In this document: positions 12,773 to 25,921 of the stretch, one piece after another
How positions within the stretch are numbered: the stretch's first letter is position 1
Layout of the letters: every line of letters starts with the position of its first letter
NCBI RefSeq assembly: GCF_018977255.1
Contig: NW_024704743.1
Span: 33,730,001 to 33,794,000 of the forward strand
DNA length: 64,000 bases
Direction of reading: 5' to 3'
Source: Callorhinchus milii
Lineage: Eukaryota
The notes under the pieces: generated by a model
What the model was told of the DNA's origin: nothing
The model's input: the letters and a program-made list of their open reading frames with translations, nothing else
Databases searched by the model: none
Translations under genes and position numbers: made by a program

Positions 12773-13894
12773 TATGTCATATATAGACTTGGTGGTATTT
12801 TCCGGAACCTTGGACCCTGAAGGGTGACTGTTGAATGGTTATTGAGCTCCGTTGTGTTGTGGCCCAGGGTATTTTAGAGCACAGCAGAGCTGCAGGTGGA
12901 TTGTGGGCCCTATTAAACAGCCTGGATTGCAGCAATCCCACTGCTGGCTCTCAAAGAACAGGATTACACTCAAAACTGGTGTCTGTGAGCCAGCTTGCAA
13001 ACTGCTGCAGATCAAATTGTTCTGAGTTCAATGGCGTGGAAATGATTGCTCTGCGGCTCGGCACTGCGTGGGGGCAGCATGAAAGGCTTGAGGATAAACC
13101 CTTTTCTTCTAGTACAAGATATGAGAATCGACTCTGCCAATTATCTGGGCTTCAATAAACTTATGGCGCAAAACTTGAGAGCTTCTTGTTTAATGCGTCA
13201 TTATCTGCAACAAAACCTATATGCCTCAGTAACCTCCCAGATGAATAGGCCACCCATTACTCTCTGAAAATATCCCTCTTGTGGGCAGCCTGAAAGAGCT
13301 GGTATGTCATGCTTTCAGCTGAGCTTTTGTCACAGACTGAACAAAGGTACAAAGCACCAACTATCTTTTTTTGCTGAAACATCTGTAGCAATGTGGTGAG
13401 GAACCTCTTAAAACAGGGCACTTCCTGACTTGAACTGGAACGGACAGCATTGTTTTTCATAGCTGCTCATTTCAGGCAGAGGTGGACAGGGGTTTTTAAC
13501 TCATTTGGAGTGAGTGAAAGCTGAATCAGAATTGCTGGTTCAAAAGTGCCATTTTGGGGTTAAATAACTGAGCACAGAGATGTATTTGCTTATTCTGTTT
13601 TTTTCCTAAAAGAAAAAGTTAAGTCGATTCAGTTCATGATTTATCTTTCCTTTTTTTAAACAAGTGTATTGCAGTAGCACATATTCCATGTCCCTTCAGA
13701 ACAGCTTTGCTTTTGTTAACGTTGTTCCCCTGCCAGCCCTGTGTAGGTGCGGCATTCTGAAGCTTCCCTCCAAAGCCTTGTCTTCCTGCACAACGAACCA
13801 TGTATAGCAGCAAGCCTGTGAGAACTTCAATAGTGAGGTGACTTCTCATACACTCCCTTCCAAGTGGCACCATCTTAGATTCATACTCTGCATT

Positions 13895-14258
13895 TTGTTG
13901 ATTGAATTTCAAATCAGTTCATTCCCTCGCACCTCCCTACCTATCCAACCTGCTTACACCCCGACTCCACCAACTGCTGCCTCCGATCGGCTGGCCCCAG
14001 CCTCCTATTTGTCCCTCGTGCCCTCCGTTCTACCATCAGTGGCTGTTTCCTCAGCCACTACGTCCCCAAAACTCTGGAACTCTCTCTCCCTGCCTTGCCC
14101 TCTCCCTACCCACCTTTAAATCCCGCCTAAAGACCTTCCTTTTTGATCGTGCTTACGGTTACCTCCCTCTCCCCTTGGCTCGTTGTCAGACTCCGCCCCT
14201 GTGTAGTGCTCCGGGACACCACCCTGCATGAAGATTGCTATATAAAGCAAGTTGTTGA
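13895..14258 (+). mobile_element. Old L2 3' fragment
   Basis: LAPPYLS..., [14 protein letters not shown], tail ending gttgtt. Confidence 0.75.
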
Positions 14259-14496
14259 ATTGATTTTAACTAGGTTGGTGGTGGCAGGGAAGGGAAAGGT
14301 TTCAACTGGGCTCTAATATATGGGTATTTCTAATTTGACCCAGAAAGAAGGTCTCCTCTGGTAACCAGAATTCCATCAAGTCATTCCATGGGAATATTGT
14401 TCAGGATGTAGATTGTGGTCAGCATGAAATTCCTATGGACCAACCTAATATGGAGTTCCCACTTTGCTATTCCCACCTTTGGTGGTAGTAATAAAT

Positions 14497-14935
14497 AATA
14501 AATAATAATTGCATTTGATATATCCTTTTACTACAGGAGGACATCTCAAAAGTGCTATACAGGAATCACTGTAAAGTATAGCAACTGCACTTTTGAAGGC
14601 AAACATGTGTCCAGTATTGTCCCACACATGGCTATGAAGCAAATGACCAATTTTATCTGGAGGATTGTTTGCTAGGATACTTGTAGGGGGAAAACTCCCT
14701 TTTCTTTTGAAATAGTGGCCATCGGATCTTAACGTCCACCTCAACAGGCAGATGGGACCTCGGTTTAATGTTTCATCTGAAAGACAGCACCCCTGGTACA
14801 GTGCAGTAGTTCCCCTAGCATTGTATTGCAGTGTCAGCCTAGAGACTAATCGAGTTCAAAATCTTGATGCGAGGCTGAAACCCACAACCTTCTGACTCAG
14901 ATGTGAGAATGCTACCAACTGAGCCAGGCTGACAC
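14497..14935 (-). mobile_element. SINE family B (DeuSINE-like), near full length
   Basis: Reverse complement has tRNA head GTGTCAGCCTGGCTCAGTTGGTAGC..GGTTGTGGGTT, Deu-like core AAACCGAGGTCCC..AAGATCC..CACTATTTC, and ATT tail. Confidence 0.78.
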
Positions 14936-15127
14936 ATCATTAAGGTCACACACCAAATCAGTGAAGATTTATTTCCTCAATCACATAGAAGCCACAGCCT
15001 CTGACTCAGTTGGTGAGCTGGATATTCGACCCCTTCTTCTAATGTCCTGGGCAGACGATACGTGAAAAGTGTATTTGAATACTGTCTGTGTCACTATGAT
15101 GTTCCTTGTGGTTCAATAGTGAAATGT

Positions 15128-15612
15128 TTTTGGTCCACCAGGTGTCTGACATATGCAGAAACTCATCACCATGCTTAAGATTATGTCTGGAATATTTGTG
15201 CACTCTCTCCCTGGAGGGATGGATGCATCCTATGTACCTAATTCCAGAAAATATTAAGTACGGTTTGCTTAGGGACCCCAGAGAGTGCATTAGGGTACTG
15301 CTCGAGTCTAACCAGCTAAAACTGCATAGCTAGTCATGGATAGCACGATCTGGCAAGCTTTCCTACTGCTTGTCCAGGTAGGAACACTCTTTCTGTCAGA
15401 CTTTGGATTGTAGAGTTGGAGGATTCCCTGCCGCTCCAAGTCCTGTCGATGAGCCAGGCTGGCTCGGCTGTCATCAGCAGTGCCCTGGAGTACTATGGTA
15501 CTTCACTGGCTCAGGAACTGAACTAACGAAACTGCCATAGAGGGTTGATTCCATTCTGACATTCAGTTGCCAAATGTGTCACCTTGGAGCCAGTTCAGTT
15601 CCAAGGAGACCC
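15128..15612. repeat. Unclassified old interspersed repeat (family C), longest copy
   Basis: 5' part matches 56290-56547 and 39713-39815 and, inverted, 10080-10312; 3' part matches 7960-8232 and 62716-62945. Confidence 0.7.
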
Positions 15613-15774
15613 TCTTAATTGATGTTCATTGTGTTAAATGATCCATGAAGAATGATCACTTGTGATGAGCTGCTAGGTTTGCTCAGTGACTGTGAGGCAA
15701 TAGCTTGACTCAGCGTCTCCAAGAGAGGAGGAGGAGGGAGGTGATGTCTTGTTTTTTGTGTGGGTCAGGAAGCC

Positions 15775-16026
15775 AGAGCCAGCTGTCTCCAATCGGCTGG
15801 CGCCAGCCTCCTATTTGTCTCTTGTTCACTTCGCTCCACCATAAGCAGCCAGTATGCCCCAAAACTTTGGAACTCGCTCTCAATTCCTCCGCCTTACCCC
15901 CTCCTTCCCCATTTGCAGTGCCTTCCTCTTCGACCGTGCCTACAGTCACCTCCCCCTGGCTCAGTGTTGGGGTCCGCCATTATTCAGTGCTTAGATCCAA
16001 CCCCCATGAAAGGCGCAAGTTGTTGT
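15775..16026 (+). mobile_element. Old L2 3' fragment
   Basis: Similar to 13975-14258 (tcggctggc.ccagcctcctatttgtc; PKLWNSL). Confidence 0.65.
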
Positions 16027-17403
16027 TTGGGAGAATAATTCTTTACTGAGTTGGTGTGGAACTTTAATGATCTCAAGTCAAAACAATCTTTTTTAACAGC
16101 TTTGTTCAATGATCCTTGTTTTATTTTAACTGCAGAGGTGGAAACTTAAAGTTATTTTAAGGGTAGTTTTCAAAATTTTCAGATCTTGGAAATTTCTAAA
16201 ATTACTGTGTTGATTTGTTGGTTTAAAAGCAGGTGGTTGGTAGTTCTATGACTCCCTCTAGTGGAATTGGAAAGGAACATGGAGAGGTTCAGTCTGAAGT
16301 AACTTTTCCTTGATTATCCCATAATCAGGTCCATTTTTATCTTTAAAATTCAAGATCACACAGAATTGTGACCAACTCTGAAATTTGGTCTTCGTGTGAA
16401 AGTATTTAAGAACCACAGTAAAAACTGCTTCAAATTAAGACTTTGGAATATAAGAATTTTTCACAATTCTGCACAATCCTAAATGTTAAGACAAAATAAT
16501 CTTAAAAGGCTAAGGAACCTTTTGAGAAACAAAACATTTGATGCTCTAAGAGTAGTGGCTCATACACCCTCTGTATGGTAGATTCTGCTAATCTATGCTT
16601 TTATTAGTGTTTCCTTTGTAGACAATGCTGTCGAAAATGGAAAGCATTTGTGTTACAGATTTAGATTACGTGAAGTTTCCCAGCCTCAGTTGTTGGAAGA
16701 CTTAATATATTGGCTGTTTCCTTATCCTGGGAAGTACTGTGATTGTCTTTTTTTTCCGCTGTAATTTGAAAGTTCTCATTCCCCCCACCCCAAGTTTTCC
16801 TCAAGATAATTCCAGGAATTTCGCTCTGCTTCTGGGACCGAGTTGCTTTAGAAAGCATTTCCACTTTGACCTGGTGGCTAGAGCCAGCTTGCCTGTATTG
16901 TCTCACTAGCAGGAGGGAGGGAGAAACCGATGGCTGGGGGAAAAAAGAGGGCTGTCAATAGTTTTCTTACTCTTTCCCACAATAGCACTGAAGTGGGTTG
17001 AAGACTATTTGCCAGCACTGTGGCTCCTCTTCTTAACTGATGACATCTGTTGTGGAGACAGAGAGGGGCTTTTCATATTTTATGTAGAAACAATTCCGGT
17101 TGTGACTTGTGTGCTTAAAATAGTTTGCTCTCTCCCCCCCCCCCCCCCACCACCCCCATAAAAATGATTTTGCAGTGAGTGAAAGAAAGCCACAGCACTG
17201 AATTCATGGTAAATCGACCCCATTGCTGAACGAGGGGGAGGTTTGTGAGGCCAGTCCCATACCTTGTTCTGGCTGTTCCTAATTCTGCTTTTGTTGCTTT
17301 CAGCATTTACAGTGGCAGGAAAGCAACGTCAGAAGTCGTGTCTGGTGCTCCCTGACCCTTGGACACCCACCAACAAACTGGGTTTCCTTTTAAGTCTGCT
17401 CTT

Positions 17404-17483
17404 GGAGTAACATTTATAGCAGCGAGGGGAAGCCGAATCCCACTCTTCATTCGGCTCCTGTTTGCTGCTGTAAAAGGGCCTCT
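17404..17483 (+). ncRNA. Candidate intronic pre-miRNA-like hairpin (unverified)
   Basis: 25-bp stem (17413-17438 with 17449-17474), 10-nt loop, extendable basal stem; 5' arm UAGCAGCGAGGGGAAGCCGAAU. Confidence 0.45.
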
Positions 17484-17930
17484 TTATAAAACCTAGGAGG
17501 GCTCTTTGTGGTGGAGAGCACATTGGGGACCAGTGTGGCCCTGCAGCAGGACACTGGGTACCATCCAGGCTTGTCACATCAGTAGGCATGTGGAGAGGGC
17601 AGCCTGCTGTGGGGAGGGAGGTGGTGTTGGGATGTGTGTGTGTCCTTCCGTGGAGAACAGACCTATCCTATCGGGTGTTGTGGGGAGGATAAACCTGTCC
17701 AACGGGGGGTTTGGTGGAGAGGACAGACATGTCCATTGGAGGAGCTATGCAGAGAACAGAAGTGGGGAGAGGGAGAAATTACTTTAGGCTGCGCTTACTT
17801 GGTTTTGCAAAGGTGTGTGACAAGAAGCCTGTGCTACAAAAAGTTTTCTTTCTTACTTTTATTGGTATTCAATATGATGCTTGTTACAGGAACGACGAGG
17901 GTATTGACACGTGGTTTTACTCTCTTGCAG

Positions 17931-18951
17931 GTTACAAAGGGGGCAAATGGAATCGGCCAGGCTGTGTCATCAGGCGCGAATGCATCCAGTGCCAAAAAGA
18001 ATCGGGAGGTCCGACCTTCACCGTCCAAAACTGTGAAGTACACTGCAACAGTGACAAAGGGAAACGTTACATACACCAAAGCCAAGAAGGAATTGGTCAA
18101 GGAAACCAAACCGAACCATGTCAAATCGAGTGCAGCTGTTAACCATTCAATCTCAGGGAAAAGTGAACATAGCAATGCAAAATCACGAAAGCCGGTGCTA
18201 TCCAACGCGGCGTCCAACTTGAACGGCCCCGCCGCCAGCTGTGTCAAACTCAATGGGAAGGTGAACGGGAAAGCGCCCACTAGGGTTGAAGTCCGGGATG
18301 TTAAGGAAGGACTGCGGACCTCCAAGCGGAGGCACGAGGAGGTCAACCACGTAGCGAAAGCCCAATCGCCTTCAAAGAGAGTCAAAGTTAGCACGTGTAC
18401 AGCGGGCGGTAAGGACAGAAGAGCGAGCGCAAAAGAAAAGACTCTGCCTAATGGGCGAATAAAATGTGAAACGCCAGTGAAAAACAGCGAACGACAGAGG
18501 CTTAGGAAGGCATCATTGGGTAAGAACAGCCCAACCAAACAAGCACAGAGCAAATTGGAAAGTGCCTCCAGTGAAAATAGTTCTACCTCAGCCACCGAGT
18601 CCTCGCACAAGCCACAAGACTCTTCACTAAAGCAGGAGAGGGGCAGCAAGGTTGGCATGGCACTAGTTGGAGAAATCCCAGTTCTCAGGCCCACCCAGAA
18701 GGAGTTTCATGACCCATTAGCTTATGTGGAATCTGTCAGAACTCAGGTGGAGAAGTATGGGATGTGCCGGGTGATTCCTGCCTCTGACTGGAGGCCCGAG
18801 TGCAAACTCAATGATGAGATGCGGTTTGTGACTCAGATTCAGCACGTTCACAAGCTGGGCAGACGCTGGGGCCCCAACGTGCAACGACTAGCCTGCATCA
18901 AGAAACACCTCAGATCTCAGGGCATTACTATTGATGAGCCCCCACTCATAG
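17931..18951 (+). CDS. JARID2: JARID2 coding exon 7 (basic region and JmjN domain)
   Basis: [20 protein letters not shown]...[23 protein letters not shown]...YGMCRVIP...[17 protein letters not shown]; cttgcag| acceptor, G|gtaagg donor; 1021 nt, phase 0/1. Confidence 0.97.
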
Positions 18952-19858
18952 GTAAGGCAACTGCTCACAGCACAGGGCAGTGCGCGCATTGAAACACTTT
19001 GTGAATGTACTTTGTATGTATGTGTGTGTGTACTTTTTCCTACGTACAGCGTAACACATATTTAGTATGTGCAAAAGTAAGTGTTTGTGTAATGTAACGT
19101 GCTTTGTGCGTGTAATAGAATGCACTTTTGCACCCGCAATCTAGTGTGTTCTTTGCGTGTTCAATGTAGCACAGGCGACGTTAAGATTTCTTAAGGCAAA
19201 GGTTTATGTATTCGGTTGAAAAATGTGCACGTCAGACCTTTCCTATTAATAGATCTCTTTCCTAGATAGGAATGAATTGCCAGGAGTCTTAAGTTATTCA
19301 GGTATAAAAACATTGACTATAAACAGAGACCAAACAAATTCCAAAGTTAGGCAACAGCTGGACTGTTCACAAGTGGGCTTGGAAGAAGGAGGTAACTTTG
19401 CATCTAAGGTTCCTGAAGCTTCCCATTCTGTTCTAGATTAATGCATACATAATTAATTGGTATCAACATCTCCATTATTGTAGCGTGTGACTACCAGGAT
19501 GGTGGAAGACGAACTAGAAGGATATTGTTTTTTTCCTCCAGCAATTCCCATGTTCTTAAGTGGTGGTGGTTTGGCCATTCAGAGAATGGTGATCAGGACA
19601 TTAAACTGGACTGATCCTAGAGAATAAGGAGAACTGTGTGGGAAGCTGCAGGGAACTAGAGGAAAGGGCTAGATAGGAGACAGGAGTAAGTTGGGAAGAT
19701 TCTTATTTGATCGTTGACTGTTGTAGGGGGAGGGACAGGAGTGAGAGAACCATGTGGTAACATTGAGAAGTAGAAGGAACATATCCACCTAAAGTCTGTT
19801 CAGCATGTGAAGTGAGAAGTTAGATCTGCTATGTTGTTAGTCTTCTTTCCTGCCTTTT

Positions 19859-19900
19859 TCTCTCTCTCTCTCTTTGGTGTGCTCTCTCTCTCTCTCTCTC
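19859..19900. repeat. Interrupted (CT)n microsatellite
   Basis: Direct inspection. Confidence 0.85.
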
Positions 19901-20334
19901 GCACGCGCTCTCTCAAGCCTGGGCCACTACAGTAATGACATTCTGCACAGAAAGAGGCTAAGGGAGAGAGGACAGCAAAGAATAAGACCCCAAATGTAAG
20001 CATGGTGGCAATAATGAAGCTGGCAAGTTGTGGCATGACTTGCTTTCTCAGCTCCATTAAAATTAGGAAGTCTGTGCCTGTTTTTCAGTTGGTGTTTTAA
20101 TCCTGATTGTGATGGCTCTCCCTTTTTGATCGGTCACTGCTCTCCCAGGGCCAGCTTTCCTGAATGACAGTATGCTGCCAACACAGTATTGCATAGTATT
20201 GCTCTACTAACAATGTACTTAGAAGGCAAAATACATTGGTCTGCAATTGGATCTTAGTCAGTCGGGGTGGGAGGAAAGAAGAGAGAGAAAAGAAGGGATT
20301 AATACATTTTTGATCTTGAATTCTCATGGCACAG

Positions 20335-20700
20335 ACCCATAGCTATACTGATGGAAAATGAAGTCACCATTAGATCATGACAGGCTGTTTCAACTTGTCC
20401 AGAATAGTAAAACCAGAGGACACGACCTGCGATTGAAGTGGGATAAGTTCAGAACAACTCCATGCAAACACTATTTCAGTGAATGAATAGTGAACCTGGG
20501 GAACAGGCTCTCTAGGGAGACAGTTGAAGCAGGAAGTGTTGATTCTTTCAAACGCAGATTAGTTAATTTTCTTTTAGGAAATAACATTATGGGATATAGT
20601 ACATAGGTAGTTTGGGACATATGTGCTTGCGACTGCCAGGAAGGCAGAAAGCGAACTAGGTGGACCTTGGTCTATTTTCGTCTAGCATTTCTTATGTTTC
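20335..20700 (+). mobile_element. CR1 3' fragment
   Basis: ACCAGAGGACAC (TRGH) and WNRL-like region with CR1-type tail; homologous to 30777-30982 and 19490-19560. Confidence 0.75.
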
Positions 20701-20869
20701 TCAGTACAGTGACGAAAAAGGGACCTGATTGCAACCATGATTAAAATACCAATTGATATCTTCCAACCACATTGAACTGAGAAACCAAATCTCACAGCAG
20801 CTTGTCAGCTTCAGTGTTTAAATCACAGGTCTTTTGCTCTTTGTCGTCCTGATGTGTGGAGTTTATAGT

Positions 20870-21140
20870 GTAGGCCTACATTTCAGTGGGGTGTTGGGGG
20901 AATGCTGCATTGTCAAGACGAAGCATTAAACCGAGGTCCCATCTGCCGAGACGCTATTTGAAATTGGAAAGGAATTTTTTCGGATGTCTTGGGCAGTAAA
21001 CCTCCAGATAAACTTGCTCATTCATTTTGTGGATGTTTGTGGGACATTACTGTGGGCAGAACAGCTATCGCATTGGTGACAACAAACATTTGCAGTTGAC
21101 AGTAACTACTGTAAAGTGTTTTGAGGTGTGTTGATATATT
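20870..21140 (+). mobile_element. SINE family B fragment
   Basis: GCTGCATTGTC..ATTAAACCGAGGTCCCATCTGCC..GTGGGACATT. Confidence 0.6.
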
Positions 21141-23230
21141 ACAGGTTTCTTCTCTCTTGCACGTTATTTCCAAGTTTCCAGGCTCTTGATGTACTCACCT
21201 GATCAGCTATTTCAGGGTTTAGTCAGTGTAGAGGCTTATTGCACTTTCCCTTCACCTCTAGCACCTGAGTTTCCAGTGTTGTCTAAAGCACACAGCACGG
21301 GCACTGTTTGAAAGTGATCACGTGCTATATATGTAGTTATAATAACATTCAGTTGGCACTTCATTGTCGCTGCCAAGTTTTAGGTTGGACTGAATCCAGC
21401 CTTCACTGCACTCCAGAGCCTTTCCCTTGTCCTGCTCTGTAAGCTCCCCTCTAGCTGTTGTACCTGTGACCTGTGCATATCTAGTTTCATTCCAGTGTAA
21501 GCCGGGCTTCTCTCTCACTTGTCTGCGGGAGACCGGTGATTGAAACTATCTCTGTAGTTCTTGTATCTCACAATGTTTCATGTGTAAATCTAAAAAATGA
21601 TTCTTGATGCACTATTTGCCTGGAATCCACTTACCTGGGTATTTCTCCACACTCACTCCCTCCTTTGGCTCAGGTCAGCTGACTCAGCACAGACTGTAGG
21701 ATTCAAACCTGTGACTTTCCTCTATTTCTATCATATAATCAATGTTTCTGCTCTTAATTCCCACAGGAAATAAAATATCAATTGGAATATTCCTCCTTGA
21801 ACAACACATCGGGCCATCTACTTTCTCGCTCTCTCTATCCTTCTTCCCACTTTCCCCCTCCCCACAAAATGTTTGCTCTATTCCTCTTTCCCACCCATTT
21901 TCACTGTATGAGTGTTCTTTTTCAGGCATACCTTTTGCAAGAGGTTTCTCTAAAGCAAGTGGGGGTATGACACTGCCTAATTAGATGCCTTACTAACCAC
22001 GTTTCAAGGTTAAAGTTGCACAACTAATCATAGTTCTATATCACCTTTGTGACACTATCAATTGCTGAGCTTTCAGATCTGATGTCCCTAACATCCGAAA
22101 CACCCTCCCTCTATCCCTTTGTCTCCCCCATCTGTCTGTCATGTCTCCAAACCTACCTCTTTGAACATGGTTATTGCCAACCCTTCTTTTGCCCAGCATC
22201 CCTCCCTGTCTTTGTAAAGCACCATTAGGCTAAGTGAATGGAGGTATATAAAAGCAATTTATAAATGGGGTGGGGTCCAGGAGAGGGGATTTGGGAGTGT
22301 GGTGGTTGGGGCGTGAGGGTGGGGGCAGGGTTCAGGTTTCTCTCCCCTGTTCATGTGCCACCTTTGGTGTCTCTTACTTTTCCTTCTGATAGTGGTGCTG
22401 CAGAAGCTGGAGAGCAGACTTTGTGTGTTGCTTTGCTGTGAGGGTAATGGAACATTTCATTGGGCGGTGGGGAGGACATGAACAAATGGAGAGCAGAAAT
22501 GCACCAGGGATTAAATAATGATGACCAGGGGGAAACGGCAGGCAGTTGTGAAGTCTCTGGACACATCTGCCTCGTGCAGACGTCTCGAGTTTTGCTCACA
22601 TAATCCGCTGGACTGTGTTACTGCTCTGTAACCTCTTGATAGGCATGGGATACTCAGGGGGTTCTCTGGAGAAGCGTACGTGTTTTGAAAGCATTTACAA
22701 AAAGAACGTTTATTATGCTCAGTGGTTCAAAGAGCAATGGTGCACACTGCTATCTGCTGCTCTGTTTTTTTTCCTATTTCTCCTCCTTATGCCTATGCTG
22801 TACCCTCGAGACCTGGTCTCCACAAACCAGCGTTCACCAGAGACTGCTTTCATTCCGTGACTATGATTGAACCTCTTCATTACTTTCAGATTATAATATA
22901 AAACGGCGACTCTTGGCAATACAGCCCACACTGTATTAAAAAAAGAAAAACTCTTAGGCGTGTCTTGTGAGAAACCATTCTGTTCATTTGTGATCAGACA
23001 ATAACAGTGACTGTTAAAACGGAGAGACTGTAATTGCTGCTATCGGTGATGTAAGTGGAAAGTTACCAGTGGGGGGAAGGGCATTGATTTGGTACTGAGT
23101 TATATATTGTTTAATTAACGGGAGATATATTCCCCTCCCGTGCCCTACTGTTGCAAACCCAATTGCATCAGTGTGACTGCGCTGCGGGTGATGTTGAGCT
23201 GGAGGTAACTGATGTGCTGCTCTGTTCTAG

Positions 23231-23718
23231 GAGGATGTGAGCTGGATTTGGCCCGATTTTATCAGCTGATTAATGACATGGGTGGCATGCAGCAAGTGAC
23301 TGACCTCAAGAAGTGGAATAAACTGGCAGACATGCTGCGAATCCCTAAATCTGCACAGGACAGGCTGGCAAAGTTACAAGAGGCCTATTGCCAGTACCTG
23401 CTCTCCTATGACTCCCTCTCCCAGGAAGAGCACAAGAAGCTGGAGAAGGAGGTGCTGACGGAAAAAGAGAGCCTGGAGAAGAAGAAAGGGCCTTTGGAAG
23501 CTCACTCAGACAACACGTGCAGGTCTCAGTCTCTGCCCAGGTTTGAGCCCAAAAACGGGCTGGTGAATGGTGTGGTGCATAAAAATGGCTTCCGGAATAA
23601 GCTGAAAGAAATAGATACTGAACTGAAAACAGGCAGGCGACGACTGTTTGCTCAGGAAAAGAAAGAGAGTCAAGATCAGAGTGGGGTTCTCGGTGATTTG
23701 TACAAGTGTGTATATAAG
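23231..23718 (+). CDS. JARID2: JARID2 coding exon 8 (ARID domain)
   Basis: [39 protein letters not shown]...YKCVYK; ttctag| acceptor, AAG|gtacgt donor; phase 1/0. Confidence 0.97.
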
Positions 23719-24086
23719 GTACGTTCATTCAGCTCAACTCTGTATAAAACGCACAGTAGAATCCTGGTAACTTGTTATTCCAGGGAATAAGGGCTCAGTA
23801 TAAACTCAAGTTGCTCTTGTCCTCCGGGACCTTGCTCAAGTCGTTGTGCAGTCAGTGTTTGGGGTGGGGTTACCTGTCAGCAGCTACTCCTCACCTGCGG
23901 GTGATGTTGAGCTGGAGTTGTGGAGGTACCCAGGAGGAGGTGCTGACAAGGAGCAGGAACCTGATTGCTACTTTCTCTCACTAACCCTGGGAACACCAGG
24001 GACAGTTTACTCTCCTTACGGCTGCCCTTTCTTTGTTTTAAGCATTCTTGATTGTTCAATGTACAGACCAGTGAATACAGATTGGA

Positions 24087-25568
24087 GACACGTGGAGTCC
24101 TGCCAGACATCATCAACTTCTCCCTGTCATCTGGCACTGTTCCTATCCCCCTCAAAACAGCCACGATCACCCCCACCTTGAAGAAACCTTCCCTTGACCC
24201 ATCACAGCTATCCAGCTACCAACCCATCTCCCACCTCCCATTTCTGTCTACGGTCCTTGAGAGAGCTGTTGCCTCCCAGCTTCGCTCTTTCCTCTCCTCA
24301 CACTCCCTCCATGAGCCCCTCCAATCGGATTTCCGTGCTGCCCACAGCATGGAAACTGCTCTAGTCAAGGTCACAAATGACATCCTGACCATGTGTGACC
24401 AGGGCTCTCTCGTCCTCCTCGATCCCTCCGCCGCCTTTGATAGTGTGGACCACTCAATCCTCCTCCTCCGCCTCTCCTCCCACCTCAATCTTGACTGGTT
24501 CAGGTCCTACCTTTCACACCGCCTCCACCTTGTCTCTGCAAATGGCTTCTCCTCCAGCCCCCGCACTGTCTCGTGCAGCGTTCCTCAGGGCTCTGTCCTT
24601 GGTCCACTCCTCTTCACCCTCTACATGCTCCCCTTGCTGACATCATCTGCAGACATGGGGTAAATTTCTACATGTATGCGGATGACACCCAACTCTATTT
24701 CTCTGCCTCCACCTTCAACTCCAGGACTACTGGCGTCCTGACTGACTGCCTGTCTGACATCAAGTCCTGGACGAGGGACAACTTTCTCCAACTGAACGTC
24801 AGCAGGACCGAGGCCCTCCTGATTGGCTCGCGCCAGCACTTCCGCACCTCAGGCGCTGGTAGCATCAGCCTCCACGGCTGCACATTCAACCTCACTAAGC
24901 CAGTCAGGAACCTGGCTGTCTTGTTTGACCCTGAACTGCCCTTTCTCCCCCACATCCGCGCCATTACCGGCACTGCCTACCATTGCCTGACTCCGCCACT
25001 GCCTCACCCCTCAGGCTGCCAAAACCCTCACCCGCACATTGGTCACATCAAGGCTCGATTATGGAAACTGCCTCCTCATCGGCCTTCCCAACTCTTCCTT
25101 TCCCAAGCTGCAGATCATCCTAAACTCTGCAGCTCATGTACTCTCACGCACCAGACTCTGTGACTCTATCACTCCCACCCTCGCCCGACTCCACTGGCTC
25201 CCCATCCCTCAGAGGATCGAATTCAAGATCCTCGTCCTCACTTTCAAGGCCATTCATGGCCTTGCCCCCTCCTACCTCTCTGACCTGCTGACTCCCTACC
25301 AACCTGCCCGTTCCCTCCGTTCAGCAGGCTCCGGTCTGCTCCGTCTCCTGCCCGACCTGCCCTACCATTGGTGGCCGGGCTTTTAGCCTCTCTGCCCCCA
25401 CACTCTGGAACTCCATCCCATGGTCCCTTTACCTCACTTCCTCCCTTGCCTCCTTCAAGGCCAGTCTCAAGACCCTCCTCTTCGATCGTACCTTTGGTCG
25501 TCCTCCCAGCTCTCTGCCTTTCCTCGCCCCTAAGGCGCTCTATAACTTTAATATTTTGTTGTTGTTGT
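24087..25568 (+). mobile_element. L2-clade LINE, decayed ORF2 RT region plus 3' tail
   Basis: [50 protein letters not shown] motifs split by frameshifts; (TTG)n tail. Confidence 0.92.
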
Positions 25569-25921
25569 TCAGTGGTTAGAGAACTCGCCTCGCAAGCGAG
25601 AGACCTAGGTTCTATTCCCGGCAGGACGAAATGTTAGGCAAGTTTCCTTACTCCACACACCTCTGTTTACCTAGTAGTAAGCAGGAACCCGGTTGTTAGT
25701 TGATTGACGGACCGGTTTTCCGGGGATAATAATCCTTAAAAAAAAAGTAATAATTTGGTCACTCAATCCATGACTGTTTGTGAGACACTGCTGTACGCAA
25801 ACTGCGCGTTTTTCCCACAAGTATACAGATAATTCATTGTACAGTATATTCTTTGAAGCGCTTTGAGACATCTAGAAGACGTGAGAAGCGCTATATCAAA
25901 TGCAAGAATTATTATTATTAT
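25569..25921 (+). mobile_element. SINE family A, nearly full length, abutting an L2 tail
   Basis: TCAGTGGTTAGAG A-box remnant, GGTTCTATTCC B box, core, (ATT)n tail. Confidence 0.88.

Noticed and set aside
17634..17930. 5' extension of the 452-aa ORF
   Set aside because: Intronic read-through upstream of the acceptor at 17930; JARID2 homology starts at VTK.
17834..18694. 286-aa ORF on the - strand
   Set aside because: Antisense shadow of JARID2 exon 7 with no recognisable domain.
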